Part shown: one piece after another, positions 40,942 to 52,317 of the stretch
Layout: every line of letters starts with the position of its first letter
How positions within the stretch are numbered: position 1 is the stretch's first letter
NCBI GenBank assembly: GCA_963744145.1
Contig: CAVUSO010000001.1
Span: 6,752,001 to 6,816,000, forward strand
Length of the DNA: 64,000 nucleotides
From: an uncultured cyanobacterium
Lineage (GTDB): Bacteria > Cyanobacteriota > Cyanobacteriia > Cyanobacteriales > CAWUOF01
Reading direction: 5' to 3'
The notes under the pieces: generated by a model
The model's database searches: none
Told to the model about the DNA's origin: nothing
Seen by the model: only the letters and a program-made list of their open reading frames with translations
Position numbers and translations under genes: made by a program

Positions 40942-43452
40942 ATGAACCAAAAAATATCCCGTTATACTCCCCTGTGGTTAAGTTTATGTGTGGGGATTGG
41001 ACTATCAGCGATCGCTGGAATTACCGTAGGGAAATTAGACCAAGCTAGTCAAATTGCCCGTTTTGTACGGGAAGCGGATATATTAACTTTAACTTTGCAA
41101 AGACAAGTAAGGGAATATTTTCAAGCGACGATCGCTTTAGGGGCTTTTTTTGATAGTAATAAACAAGTAAATCGAGGAGTATTTCACCAATTTACTCAAC
41201 CATTAATAGAAAGATATCCGGGAATTTATGGGATGGCTTGGATTCAACCTGTAACCAGTCAAGAACGTGCAAATTTTGAGAAAATTCAGTCTCAAGCAAT
41301 CCCCAATTTTCGGATTTTTGAACGTAATGTAGACAACCAACCGATTCCAGCTCAAACCCGTTCTGAATATTTTCCGATTACCTACGGAGAACCTCCCCAA
41401 TCTTATCAAAATATTTTAGGTTTTGATTTTGCGGCAAATGAGAATTTTTTCAAGCCCCTTAAACAAGCGCGAGACTCAGGCAAAATCTTGATCAGTCATA
41501 AAATTAAACTGACTAAACCAGATGGAAAGACTGCGATTGGGTTGATTGTTTATAATCCTATCTATTATCAGGAAACTCCCCCATCTACAGTAGCAGAACG
41601 CCAAAAATATTTTCAAGGAATTGCCTATACTATTTATGAATTAAAAGTTGTGTTTGAATCAGCTTTAGCAGGAATAGACAAACAAGACTTAAATTTTTCC
41701 TTGTTTGAGACCTTAGAAAATAATCAAACACAATTAATAGTTACTTATGATCCAGTCACCAAACAAGTTATTGAAGATAGTAATCAGATTTCCGCCTCAA
41801 TTCCCCAATCTAATAACGACTTTTGCCCGGTCGCAATTAAATGCAAATATAATATAAATTTAGGCGATCGACAGTTGCTACTGGTAATTTTACCGAATCA
41901 ATCTTTCTGGCATTTTAGCTGGATATCTTTAGCTACTGTTGGGAGTGGATTACTTTTTACTATATTATTAGTATTATATCTGTATTTATCTTTAAGAAAA
42001 ACTCTCAAAATTGAACAACTAGCAGTTGAATTAGCCCAAGCAAAGGAAACTGCTGATGCTGCTAATCAAGCGAAAAGTGAATTTTTGGCTAATATGAGTC
42101 ACGAATTACGCACACCCCTGAATGGTATCCTTGGTTATGCTCAAATTCTCCAACGAGCTAAAGACTTAAGTCCAAAACACCGTCAAGGGGTGGAAATTAT
42201 TGAGCAAGCTGGTTCTCATCTACTCACCTTAATTAATGATATTCTGGATTTAGCCAAAATTGAAGCCCGCAAAATGGAACTTGCACCCAAAGATTTCCAT
42301 TTTCCCTCGTTCTTATCGGGAGTAGCAGAAATTAGTCGAGTTCGAGCCCAAGCAAAAGATCTTAATTTCTATTATCTACCTGAACAGAATTTACCAACAG
42401 CAGTATTTGGTGATGATAAACGATTGCGTCAAGTTTTGATTAATTTGCTAGGTAATGCGATCAAATTTACAGAACAAGGTCATGTTACCTTCAAAGTAGA
42501 AATCTTACAACAATCAGCAGAAACTACGAAAATTCGATTCAGTATTATTGATACGGGTGTGGGTATGAGTCCAGAACATTTAAGTAAAATATTTTTACCT
42601 TTTGAACAGGTAGGTAGTTCCTATAAACGGACAGAAGGAACTGGATTAGGATTGACAATTTGTCGTCAATTAATCTCCATGATGAAGAGTGAAATTCAGG
42701 TGAGCAGTATCTTGGGTGAGGGGAGTACCTTTTGGTTTGAAGTGGACTTTCCTATTTCTCAAGAGTGGATCAGTACAGCAACAATAACAACGGGTAAGAA
42801 AATTATCAGTTATACAGGTAAACCGCGCAAAATCTTAATTGTCGATGATAAAGAAGTGAACCGTTTAGTGGTTGCAGAAGTCTTACAAAGTTTAAATTTT
42901 GCGATCGCTCAAGCAGATAATGGTTCTACGGGACTAGCACAAGTATTCGAGGTCAAACCAGATTTAATTATTACCGATATTGCCATGTCTGTGATGAATG
43001 GTTATGAGTTTACCCAGAAAGTACGTGAGCTATATTCCCCAAATATTCCCATTCTTGCATCTAGTGCTAGTGTTTCTGGATCGGATCAAGGAAAAGCGAT
43101 CGCTGCGGGTTGTAATGATTTTCTCCCCAAACCAGTAGAAATGGAGCAACTATTCGGAAAATTGCAAAAATTCCTAAAACTAGAGTGGGTATATGAGGAA
43201 ATAGAAACAAAACAGTCAATTCTAGAATCCTCAGCTTTAGAAATGATTATCCCTCCACTAGCAGAATTAGAACAATTGCAGCAAGCGATTAAAATAGGAG
43301 ATATCGATCTTGTCCAACAAGAAGCGCGACGGATTCAAGAAATGGCACCTGAATATGGTATTTTTGCGAAACAGGTGTTAAAATTAGCTGAGGAATTTAA
43401 TGAGCAAGAAATTCTCAAATTGTTACAGCAATCAGAGTTAGCAAAAACCTAA
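40942..43452 (+). CDS. CHASE-sensor hybrid histidine kinase
   Basis: TM-CHASE ([13 protein letters not shown])-[17 protein letters not shown], HATPase, receiver. Confidence 0.92.
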   Translation: MNQKISRYTPLWLSLCVGIGLSAIAGITVGKLDQASQIARFVREADILTLTLQRQVREYFQATIALGAFFDSNKQVNRGVFHQFTQPLIERYPGIYGMAWIQPVTSQERANFEKIQSQAIPNFRIFERNVDNQPIPAQTRSEYFPITYGEPPQSYQNILGFDFAANENFFKPLKQARDSGKILISHKIKLTKPDGKTAIGLIVYNPIYYQETPPSTVAERQKYFQGIAYTIYELKVVFESALAGIDKQDLNFSLFETLENNQTQLIVTYDPVTKQVIEDSNQISASIPQSNNDFCPVAIKCKYNINLGDRQLLLVILPNQSFWHFSWISLATVGSGLLFTILLVLYLYLSLRKTLKIEQLAVELAQAKETADAANQAKSEFLANMSHELRTPLNGILGYAQILQRAKDLSPKHRQGVEIIEQAGSHLLTLINDILDLAKIEARKMELAPKDFHFPSFLSGVAEISRVRAQAKDLNFYYLPEQNLPTAVFGDDKRLRQVLINLLGNAIKFTEQGHVTFKVEILQQSAETTKIRFSIIDTGVGMSPEHLSKIFLPFEQVGSSYKRTEGTGLGLTICRQLISMMKSEIQVSSILGEGSTFWFEVDFPISQEWISTATITTGKKIISYTGKPRKILIVDDKEVNRLVVAEVLQSLNFAIAQADNGSTGLAQVFEVKPDLIITDIAMSVMNGYEFTQKVRELYSPNIPILASSASVSGSDQGKAIAAGCNDFLPKPVEMEQLFGKLQKFLKLEWVYEEIETKQSILESSALEMIIPPLAELEQLQQAIKIGDIDLVQQEARRIQEMAPEYGIFAKQVLKLAEEFNEQEILKLLQQSELAKT

Positions 43453-43514
43453 TATGGTTAGTAGTAGGGACTTCAGTCCCTCAATCAAACTATGAATGAA
43501 AGATCATAACCCCT

Positions 43515-46247
43515 ATGAAGAAAACTCATCCTGATCAACCTAAAAAAACAGCTCAAAAATTTCCCCTTAACCTAGTTTTAATAATACCATTTCTGTTAGA
43601 AATTTTTGCCGCAGTTGGATTAACAGGTTGGCTATCATTAAGAAATGGAAAAATTGCTGTTAATGATTTAGCTACCCAATTAAGAAATGAAGTTAGTGCC
43701 AGAATTGAACAACACTTAACAAATTTCTTAGCTTTTCCGAAAATGGTCAACAAAAATATCTTAGATGCGATCGAATTTGGCTGGTTAGATTTAGAAAACC
43801 CGCGTAGTATGGAGCGTTTTTTTTGGAAACAATTGCAACTATTTCCAACTGTTAGTTACGTTGAGTTTGGTAATGAAAAAAGACGATTTTTGGGTTTTGA
43901 AAGATTAGCTAATGGTAAATTTAGTATTGATATAGCTGATGAGGTCACCGATTATAACTATAATACATATTCTACCGATCAGCAAGGTCATTTAACCAAA
44001 CAATTATTAAATATATCTCCCAACTATGATCCGCGACTTCGTCCTTGGTATACTCCGGTTCTTAGCAGTGGTCAATCTACTTGGGGAGATATCTATACCT
44101 ATTTTTCCGATAAAAATAAGCTCGCAATTACCTATTCAACTCCAGTTTATGATCACAATCACAAATTGTTAGGAGTGATTGGTACAGACATGATTTTATC
44201 AGATATTAGTAAATTCTTAAGAACTTTAAAAATTGGCAAAACTGGGCAGACTTTTATTATCACTCGGACGGGAAAATTGGTAGCTAGTTCTCAAACAATA
44301 CCATCATCTCCACCGAATCAAGTAAATAATTCTGCCCATCAGCTTATTCAAAGTACCACTCAATACTTAAGTAATCAATTTGGTAATCTCAATCAGATTC
44401 ATCAACTACAACAACTAGAATTCATCTTTCAAAAGCAGCGAGAATTTTTGCAAGTATTACCTTATCAAGATCAGTTGGGTCTCGACTGGTTAATTGTCGT
44501 AATTGTCCCAGAAGATGACTTTATGGCTCAAATTGATGCTAATACTAATAGTACCATCATTTTGTGTATTTTAGCACTAGCGATCGCGACAGGTTTAGGA
44601 GTTCTCACAGCTCGGATTATCCAAAAACCGATTTATCGATTGAGCGAAGCATACCAAGCTCTTGCGGATGGTCAATTAGACCAAAAAGTCTCCGGTTCGA
44701 GTATCCAGGAATTAGAAAAATTAGCCCTTTGTTTTAACCAAATGGCTGACAAATTACATGAATCATTTAATATCTTAGAACAAACTAATTCGGAGTTAGA
44801 AAGTCGGGTATCTGAACGTACTATTGAGTTACAAAAAGCCAAGGAAGTTGCAGATTCTGCTAATCAAGCCAAAAGTGAATTTCTAGCGAATATGAGTCAC
44901 GAATTACGCACACCTCTAAACGGTATCCTTGGTTACGCCCAAATTCTCCAACGGGCTAAAGACTTAAGTCCAAAACACCGTCAAGGAGTGAATATTATTG
45001 AGCAAGCTGGTTCTCATCTACTCACCTTAATTAACGATATTCTAGATTTAGCGAAAATTGAAGCTCGCAAAATGGATCTGGCACCGAAAGATTTTCATTT
45101 CCTCTCGTTTTTAGCAGGAGTAGCAGAAATTAGTCGAGTCCGAGCCGAAGCAAAAGATCTTAATTTCTATTATCTACCTGATCAGAATTTACCAACCGCA
45201 GTGTTAGCTGATGATAAACGATTGCGTCAAGTTTTGATTAATTTGCTGGGTAATGCGATCAAATTTACGGAACGCGGTCACGTTACTTTCCAAGTAGAAG
45301 TCTTACTACAAACAGCCGAAACTACCAAAATTCGCTTCAGTATTATTGATACGGGTGTAGGGATGAGTCCAGAACACCTGAGTAAAATATTTTTACCTTT
45401 TGAACAAGTAGGTAGTTCCTATAAACGGACAGAAGGAACTGGATTAGGATTGACAATTTGTCGTCAATTAATCTCCATGATGAATAGTGAAATTCAGGTC
45501 AATAGTGAGTTAGGTAAAGGTAGTACATTTTGGTTTGAAGTGGAGTTTACCATTTCTCAAGAGTGGATCAATACAGCAACGACAATGACGGGTAATAAAA
45601 TTATCGGTTATACAGGTAAACAGCGGAAAGTTTTGATTGTTGATGATAAAGAAGTCAATCGTTTAGTAGTTGTAGAAATCTTAAAAAGTTTAGATTTTGC
45701 GATCCTTGAAGCGGACAATGGTTCTACGGGACTAGCACAAGTATTCGAGGTCAAACCAGATTTAATTATTACCGATATTGCGATGCCCGTGATGGATGGT
45801 TATGAATTTACTCAGAAAGTACGTGAGTTATACTCCCCAGTAATTCCGATTATTGCATCTAGTGCTAGTGTTTCTGCATCTGATCAAGGAAAAGCGATCG
45901 CGATCGGTTGTAATGATTTTCTGCCCAAACCGCTAGAAATGGAGCAACTATTTATGAAGTTGCAAAAATTTCTAAAACTAGAGTGGATCTATGAAAAACC
46001 CGAAAATCCACCATTGATTATCCCATCCTCATCTTCAGAACTAATTATCCCTCCAGCAGCAGAATTAGAACAATTACAAGAAGGGGTTAAAATTGGTGAT
46101 ATTGATTTAATTGAACAAGAAGCGCGACGGATTCAAAAACTTGCTCCTGAGTATGTAACTTTTGCTAAACGAGTGTTAGCATTAGCTCAGGAATTTGATG
46201 AACAAGGAGTTCGGGAATTACTTCAGCAATCAGGACATAGTTGTTAA
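43515..46247 (+). CDS. dCache-HAMP hybrid histidine kinase
   Basis: YDPRLRPWY dCache motif, [12 protein letters not shown], receiver. Confidence 0.92.
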   Translation: MKKTHPDQPKKTAQKFPLNLVLIIPFLLEIFAAVGLTGWLSLRNGKIAVNDLATQLRNEVSARIEQHLTNFLAFPKMVNKNILDAIEFGWLDLENPRSMERFFWKQLQLFPTVSYVEFGNEKRRFLGFERLANGKFSIDIADEVTDYNYNTYSTDQQGHLTKQLLNISPNYDPRLRPWYTPVLSSGQSTWGDIYTYFSDKNKLAITYSTPVYDHNHKLLGVIGTDMILSDISKFLRTLKIGKTGQTFIITRTGKLVASSQTIPSSPPNQVNNSAHQLIQSTTQYLSNQFGNLNQIHQLQQLEFIFQKQREFLQVLPYQDQLGLDWLIVVIVPEDDFMAQIDANTNSTIILCILALAIATGLGVLTARIIQKPIYRLSEAYQALADGQLDQKVSGSSIQELEKLALCFNQMADKLHESFNILEQTNSELESRVSERTIELQKAKEVADSANQAKSEFLANMSHELRTPLNGILGYAQILQRAKDLSPKHRQGVNIIEQAGSHLLTLINDILDLAKIEARKMDLAPKDFHFLSFLAGVAEISRVRAEAKDLNFYYLPDQNLPTAVLADDKRLRQVLINLLGNAIKFTERGHVTFQVEVLLQTAETTKIRFSIIDTGVGMSPEHLSKIFLPFEQVGSSYKRTEGTGLGLTICRQLISMMNSEIQVNSELGKGSTFWFEVEFTISQEWINTATTMTGNKIIGYTGKQRKVLIVDDKEVNRLVVVEILKSLDFAILEADNGSTGLAQVFEVKPDLIITDIAMPVMDGYEFTQKVRELYSPVIPIIASSASVSASDQGKAIAIGCNDFLPKPLEMEQLFMKLQKFLKLEWIYEKPENPPLIIPSSSSELIIPPAAELEQLQEGVKIGDIDLIEQEARRIQKLAPEYVTFAKRVLALAQEFDEQGVRELLQQSGHSC

Positions 46248-46253
46248 ACCGGA

Positions 46254-47653
46254 TTAATCAGCACTAGTTTTGGCAAAATGTTCTTGCAATAAAGGATGAA
46301 TAAAACGATAACTGCGATCGCTATGTTGCAACATCAACCGTTGGGTCGCATAATTGAGAAAACGTTCATAATTCCAGGGAATATAACCGCGCCACGCCAA
46401 AATTAAGCGTAGGGTTAGATTGTCTATAGAAGGAATACTAGGAATTAAAATACCGATAATTCCTGCTATTAGCCCGATGATTATTCCTAACATTAATCCG
46501 CTCAACAATCCAAAAATTACACAAGTAACCAATGCCAAAGCTAAGGATTTAATTAATTTCCGTCCCAATTCATAAATCTGAACATCTGTGGGAGTTTGTA
46601 ACCAACTAGCAGGTAATTGATCAATCACCAACTCTTCGCTTAAATCTGCTTTCATTCTTTGAGCTAACCAAGCTAACCAAGCACGAGTTTGTTCTAGACT
46701 AGGTTCCTGACCTTGCTCATACCACGGCTGACTAATTTCGCGATTTAATTCTCTCCGAATATAAGCATTTAATAAATATCTAAGTCGTTCTTCCTCAGAT
46801 TCAAACCGTTTCCAAGAGTGAATTAAAATTTCTTCGTATGCTAGCACCATCACATTCAGCAACAATGGTGTTTTTGCCAAGTCTAATAAATTTAGATCAT
46901 CCTGAATATTTTCCCATAATTCTCGTCTTCTTACCTCAATTAAATAATCGCGAATTTGTTTTTTATTGAGAGGGCGTAACCGGATTACTCCTTTGAGTTG
47001 AAATCGCGAATGGCAATTTTTGTATTCTTTAAGATTAGCACAGATCATCAAATGTAACGAACCTTTAAATGATTGCAGTAATTGATTAATTGCTTGAATA
47101 CATAATTCTTGCCGATCTGGGGTTAATTCATTCAGTCCATCCAAAAGTAGTAAGAGTTGATTAGTTTTCAACCAATTTTTACTAATCTCATGCTCAACAC
47201 CATATTTTAAATTCAGTTGATCTACTAACCAGTCAGCTATAGGTTGGTGATCGTTTTTCCATGTAGATAAGTTAAGTAAAACTGGAATCACTGCACTTAG
47301 ATCTTTTCGGCCAGAATAGCCAGCTTTTTAGTTATTTTTAGGAGAGCGGTAGTTTTACCTGCCCCCTGTTCACCAACTATTAATAGCTTACCGCTAGCTT
47401 GCTCGAATACTTCAATGACACTCTTCTCAGGGGGCAGAAAGAAATTGGGTAATTGAGGGATCTTCACTTCTATGTCCCCCAATCGTCCGCTCCCCTGTGG
47501 TTTTTCTCCTTGGAGTAAATTCAGACGTACAGCTTTCTGTAAAGAGCTTTGTAAGCGTTGTTTGGCTTCATTTTTCACCTTTGTCAACAAGAGTTGTCGG
47601 TGGTGAGGAGGAATTGTTGGGCTTTCAGACCCATGATGAGGAGAAATTACCAT
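46254..47653 (-). CDS. NACHT NTPase with C-terminal TM hairpin, frameshift near 47304
   Basis: GEQGAGKTT and LLLLDGLNE lie in adjacent ORFs; one extra A restores AEKDLSAVIPV; YRFIHPLLQEHF end. Confidence 0.8.
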
Positions 47654-47925
47654 GGTGATGAACCCCTACCAGAGTGCCAAAGGCTTGTAAAATAAAGCAT
47701 TTGTTTAATTGCCATGACGATCTTTTGCCTTTTCTTTCATCCTATCATCACTAGATGTCACCTCTGTTAATCATTGTCAATTACCTGCGATGATCAGTTA
47801 AATTGCCTATTTGATGTCAAGTTTCAGGATTGGATTAGGTGCAGTTTGAAATTAAATTTAGTTAGTGGCTGAAGATTTGATTGTCACAATTATAAAAGCT
47901 TTATTTTTGTCTACGGGTTTAGGAT

Positions 47926-48792
47926 ATGAAATTTGTTCAAAATTTTCGGTTGGTTGTTGGCTCGGTTGAGAGGGCTAAAGCGCAACTACATACTTCTGGT
48001 AATTCCCTACTGGTGGTTACGGTTTTGGTCGCGATCGCTTGTGGATCTTGTTCTTCCACTCCTCCTCCACCACCGGTTAATTCTAGTACCACTCCACCAA
48101 CTATTTCTCCATCAGCTCCATCGACTGTTGTCCCTGCTACACCTATTCCTAGTTCTGCTCCAGCAGCTTCCTCTATTGTCCCTAATCAACCAGATAGTGC
48201 GACCGTTCCTCCAGCTCAAACCGCGACTGGGAATATTACAGCAGAGCCGATTGTGATTACACCACCAACCGATGGATGTAAGATTACATCAGCAAGGATA
48301 GATGATCCTAACCCACCGGTCAACGTTCGCTCTAGTCCAAAAGTAGATCCAGGTAATATCGTCGGTAAGGTTGATAATGGACAAGTAGTTGGGGTAACTG
48401 AGGAACAAAATGGTTGGTTCCAAATTGTTCAACCCAAAGGATGGATTAATAAAAATCTTACCCAAACCAGTTGTTCTCAAGTAAATCAACGCATTACTTT
48501 TGCTCCTCAAGGTAATTCGGCGATCGTTAAAGGTCAGATTATTGGTGGTGGTAGTCATAAATATGTGATTAGTGCTAACCAGGGTCAAATTATGACTGTG
48601 ACCAGTAATCAAGGTCCTTTACCATTTGTCTTTGCTCCTGGTGATGTTAATCAGCAACAAGACCTAACTCATATCGGTGGTAATAATCATGCCAATTGGA
48701 GCGGTCAGTTACCTGCTACTGGTGACTACACTATTCTATTTGATTCTAACTATAAAGGCTTTCAGTATGAAATTTCTATTCAAGTGAAATAG
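47926..48792 (+). CDS. SH3b-domain exported protein with Pro/Ser/Thr linker
   Basis: VNVRSSP...NGWFQI..KGWI; C-terminal beta-sandwich ending LPATGDYTI. Confidence 0.75.
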   Translation: MKFVQNFRLVVGSVERAKAQLHTSGNSLLVVTVLVAIACGSCSSTPPPPPVNSSTTPPTISPSAPSTVVPATPIPSSAPAASSIVPNQPDSATVPPAQTATGNITAEPIVITPPTDGCKITSARIDDPNPPVNVRSSPKVDPGNIVGKVDNGQVVGVTEEQNGWFQIVQPKGWINKNLTQTSCSQVNQRITFAPQGNSAIVKGQIIGGGSHKYVISANQGQIMTVTSNQGPLPFVFAPGDVNQQQDLTHIGGNNHANWSGQLPATGDYTILFDSNYKGFQYEISIQVK

Positions 48793-49097
48793 ATTGCACT
48801 GGCAATTTCATCAGGATTAGCTTGGGCTTAAATCCAAGCATTTGCTAAATCACTTGCAGTTAAAGTGGGATAGTCATAGAGAAGTTGAGACTCACTAATA
48901 CCTATATTACGAGCATTTACTAATACCCAAACAGGAATCCGAGTTCCAGCAATACAAGCATCACATCCACAAACATTTCTCGTTTTAGTAATTCCACGCC
49001 AATTGGGATTCAAACTGTGAGATAAAATGTGAATTGCTGCGCTTTTTTCTGTAGGAGATGAGGCAAGTAATTGTGTTTCTAGTTGTTTGATAGTCAT
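48793..49097 (-). pseudogene. DUF433 family antitoxin with premature stop
   Basis: ACIAGTRIPVW...YPTL; the frame continues past TAA as AWI*AQANPDEIASAI. Confidence 0.75.
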
Positions 49098-49128
49098 ATA
49101 TATTGATTGGTTGTCATGGTGGTTTTAG

Positions 49129-49527
49129 CTAGTCGGCGATCGCCTTCAGAAAATTAATATCTATCTGCCAATTCTCATCTAAAAAATCCAGATTTTCATT
49201 ATAAATTAGATTGATTTCACCAATTTTTGGTGTTCTTTCATACTTAGGTGAATTTTCCAAAGCTATCTCCTCAATTTTGAGGATAAATTTCAGTTTAATC
49301 CATCGTTTCATCCCTTCCATACCAAGGTCGCTACTGACTAACTCAGCAGATAGGGAACGAGGTAAGGTAATTTCTTCATAAAATTTATCCTGTTCATCCC
49401 AGTAACCACAGATTTTATAATCACATGATTCTAAATGTTCGGTTACTAGAGCATTGGTATTTATATTTTCCAATACTTCAGTTAAATCTTGCCAAATTCG
49501 ATGATTTTTTAATTCTAGCTTTGTCAT
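49129..49527 (-). CDS. Acidic hypothetical protein, possible antitoxin or immunity protein
   Basis: 132-aa ORF 13 bp downstream of the 49541-49849 gene. Confidence 0.7.
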   Translation of the reverse strand: MTKLELKNHRIWQDLTEVLENINTNALVTEHLESCDYKICGYWDEQDKFYEEITLPRSLSAELVSSDLGMEGMKRWIKLKFILKIEEIALENSPKYERTPKIGEINLIYNENLDFLDENWQIDINFLKAIAD

Positions 49528-49540
49528 CGCTAATTTCTGA

Positions 49541-49849
49541 TTAATGTTCTGTTACAAAACCCGGAAAATGTAATACTCCGTCTAGGATTTTAGCATGAAA
49601 TCGGCGATCGCCTCCTTTACCTAGCACTTTTGATTTAAAATCGTAATCTGCTAATTCAGAAGGAACAAGACCCATATTACCACGCGGGGGAACAATTCCT
49701 TTTTCAATCGCTTTTAAATGTTTATTATTTTGGTCATATTTTATCCCCAGTTGAATTTGATCTTTGCTAAAAGATACTCACTGACCGTTAGTTGTTTGAT
49801 AAATTAGATCAGGCTGAATTCCATCCCAGCTATTCGGTAGATTTTCCAT
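49541..49849 (-). pseudogene. Unannotated 102-codon gene with one internal TGA, possible toxin
   Basis: MENLPNSWDGIQPDLIYQTTNGQ*VSFSKDQIQLG...YDFKSKVLGKGGDRRFHAKILDGVLHFPGFVTEH; TGA at 49780-49778. Confidence 0.7.
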
Positions 49850-50529
49850 TTGATTTGTTGCTGAGATGACTGGGTATAAGCGATCGCTACAACTTTAGCC
49901 ATTATTCACCTGTCCCAATTTCTTTAAAATTTGTAGCACTTCAGACAACTCATGTCGCCGAGGAAATAGGGAAAATTCCCGTGACACATCATAATGTAGT
50001 ATTCCCTGATGAGTAAGTTTAATAAAAACAAAACTATCCCCATTAGTTGCCATACCAAAAGTTGATTGCTCCTGGTTAGAATTTGCCATCATATCAGCTA
50101 AAATTTGTGGTAATGCTGAGGTAACAGGAATACTGGTACGTTTTGATTCTATGACTAATATCCATAAATTTTCCTTGACCACTAAAACATCTATTAATCC
50201 CTTAATCACAGTCTGATCTGGGTCTTCAATCATTAATTCTACTGATTCAGGAGACTTAATTCTAAAAGGTGGATCTAAAAAACCTGCTACTTCTAATAAA
50301 GGAGAAACTACCACTAAATTAATGGTTCCTTCTAATAATGGTGAATATAAACGATGATAATCATACCGCTGTTTAATGCGCTCTAAAGCCGTTTTTTCTG
50401 CATCATTAATTTCTGGTAGATTATTATACCATTCTGGGAAGAAATTATCATCTTCAGTCTGAGTTAAATTAAATTTAGTCTGTAAATCATTCAAACTTTT
50501 AATCGTTTCACGAACACCAATTGTTGTTA

Positions 50530-52109
50530 AGTAGTCGGACAAAAGTAATAGGTACTGTATTAACTTTTGTAAAACGTATGGGTCAAGCAATAAGCTGGAC
50601 AAAGTCATCGAAAAATTAGTCCAATCTGGGGAAGATTGGCCAAAGAAGTGGCTGGACAATGGGAGCAAAAAATTAGACTTATTTTGGTAATTAAGGGGAT
50701 AAGTGAGGTCGATTTTAGCTTCAAAAAAAACACCCTGATTGTGAAATAATTATAGAGCTAACTTAAAAGTTTGAAGAAAATGTCATCTCCTCCTTTGAGA
50801 ATATTTTTAACATCTGCGGAAAATCAAACCTTATGGGAATTAAATAGAGCCGAGGGAGTTCCACTAAGAACAAGAGATCGGGCTGCGAACTTGAGATTAT
50901 CATCAATGGGATGGAAAGTGGAACAGATCGGCAAGTATCTGAACTGGTCAATTAAGACAGTGAGAGCCACAATACATCGTTGGGAAAAACAGGGATTAGC
51001 AGGATTATGGGATGCGCCTCGTCCGGGCAGGAAAAGAAAATGGAGTCAGGCAGATTTGGCAGAAATTGAAAAAAAACTAGAGACAGAGGAACGAGCTTAT
51101 AATAGTCGTCAGTTAGTGAAATATCTAGCCCAGGAAAGGCAAGTAAAACTGAGCCAAAGACAGTTGCGTCGAATCCTCAAAAAAAACTATCGGTGGAAAA
51201 GAACGAGAACATCTCTAAAAGGAAAGCAAGACCAGGAAAAAAGAGCAACTAAAAGAAATGATTTAGAGATGTTGGAATTCGCGGCAGCCGCGGGTGAAAT
51301 ATGTTTAAAATATTTGGATGAATCAGGATTTAGCCTGTGGGCTGAACCTGTATATACCTGGGGGAAAATCGGCCAACAGAAACAGATCAAACAGCCTAAA
51401 AAGAAAGGGAAAAGATTAAATATATGTGGATTTTTGGCCGTGGGAGAAAGCTTTGAATATGGATTAAGTTTTAAGAGTTTTGACAGTAAGAATTATATCA
51501 AATTAATGGATTGGCAAGCCGCGCAAGCGGAAACTAGATTGAAAGAAACGGGCAAAATAACTGTAATTGTCCAAGACCAATATTCCGTTCACGTAAGTAA
51601 ATTGACGAAGAGCAACTATGATCAATGGGAAAAACAAGGATTATATATATTCCTATTATCCAGTTACTCTCCCGAATTAAATCTGATTGAAACGGAGTGG
51701 GAAAGAATCAAAGAAGATGAATTAGCTGGTCAAATGTTTGAGAATGAATATGAATTAACCATCGCGGTAAGAGCAGCAATCGAAGCTCGTCAAACTAGTA
51801 AGGGCTTAGAAGTAAAAAGATTTAGATTTGGTGGTCAGCCTAGCCAGGATGAACAAAAATCCTAATCGGGTTTATTCTAGTTCTAGTCAACCGGAAAAAT
51901 TCCATTAATTGTTTAATGAGAGGCTGAGGCAAAACTGACCATATTTATAGTTAATAGAAAATCTGGAAATGCAGTTTTCTTACTCTCTAGTGAAACCTAT
52001 TCAGTTGGACGGAGGGAATACTTTTATATGCTTTTCTCTGGTAAATTTGTGGGTCAAATTTACTCTTAAATAAAGTTAACATAGTTAACTTTATTTATGT
52101 CCGACTACT
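50530..52109 (+). mobile_element. IS630-family insertion sequence
   Basis: TIR AGTAGTCGGACA / TGTCCGACTACT, TA duplicated at 50528-50529 and 52110-52111. Confidence 0.93.
50771..51865 (+). CDS. IS630 transposase (single uninterrupted frame)
   Basis: HTH with PRPGRKRK, YLDESGF, VQDQYSVH, YSPELNLIE DDE motifs. Confidence 0.93.
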   Translation: MKKMSSPPLRIFLTSAENQTLWELNRAEGVPLRTRDRAANLRLSSMGWKVEQIGKYLNWSIKTVRATIHRWEKQGLAGLWDAPRPGRKRKWSQADLAEIEKKLETEERAYNSRQLVKYLAQERQVKLSQRQLRRILKKNYRWKRTRTSLKGKQDQEKRATKRNDLEMLEFAAAAGEICLKYLDESGFSLWAEPVYTWGKIGQQKQIKQPKKKGKRLNICGFLAVGESFEYGLSFKSFDSKNYIKLMDWQAAQAETRLKETGKITVIVQDQYSVHVSKLTKSNYDQWEKQGLYIFLLSSYSPELNLIETEWERIKEDELAGQMFENEYELTIAVRAAIEARQTSKGLEVKRFRFGGQPSQDEQKS

Positions 52110-52317
52110 TACCATGATTAAGTCACTCAATATAATCCACAAGACTGCCTAGCGATCGCACTTGACAAAGCTCTCAAAATTTGATATAATGAGGGTGATA
52201 AGGAAGAATTATCTTGCTAATAAGAAATAAATTTGGGTAGTTAGAGCAAAGAAACTGTTACCATTAACATATATTAACAGCAAGTTTAGAGATTACCTCT
52301 CCCCAGGAGCAAAAATT

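Larger units (their letters stand above)
49895..52115 (-). pseudogene. HsdR-N-like nuclease gene interrupted in codon 2 by IS630
   Basis: Removing the IS and one TA gives ATG GTA ACA ACA ATT GGT (MVTTIGVRE); body has GLIDVLV..VIESKR. Confidence 0.85.

Noticed and set aside
49133..49613. 13-bp direct repeat TCGGCGATCGCCT as a HIP1-bounded gene cassette
   Set aside because: The second copy lies inside the coding frame of the 49541-49849 gene (GGDRR), and HIP1 is abundant
51176..51190. Programmed frameshift at the A-run in the IS630 transposase
   Set aside because: The ORF is already continuous through the run in this sequence
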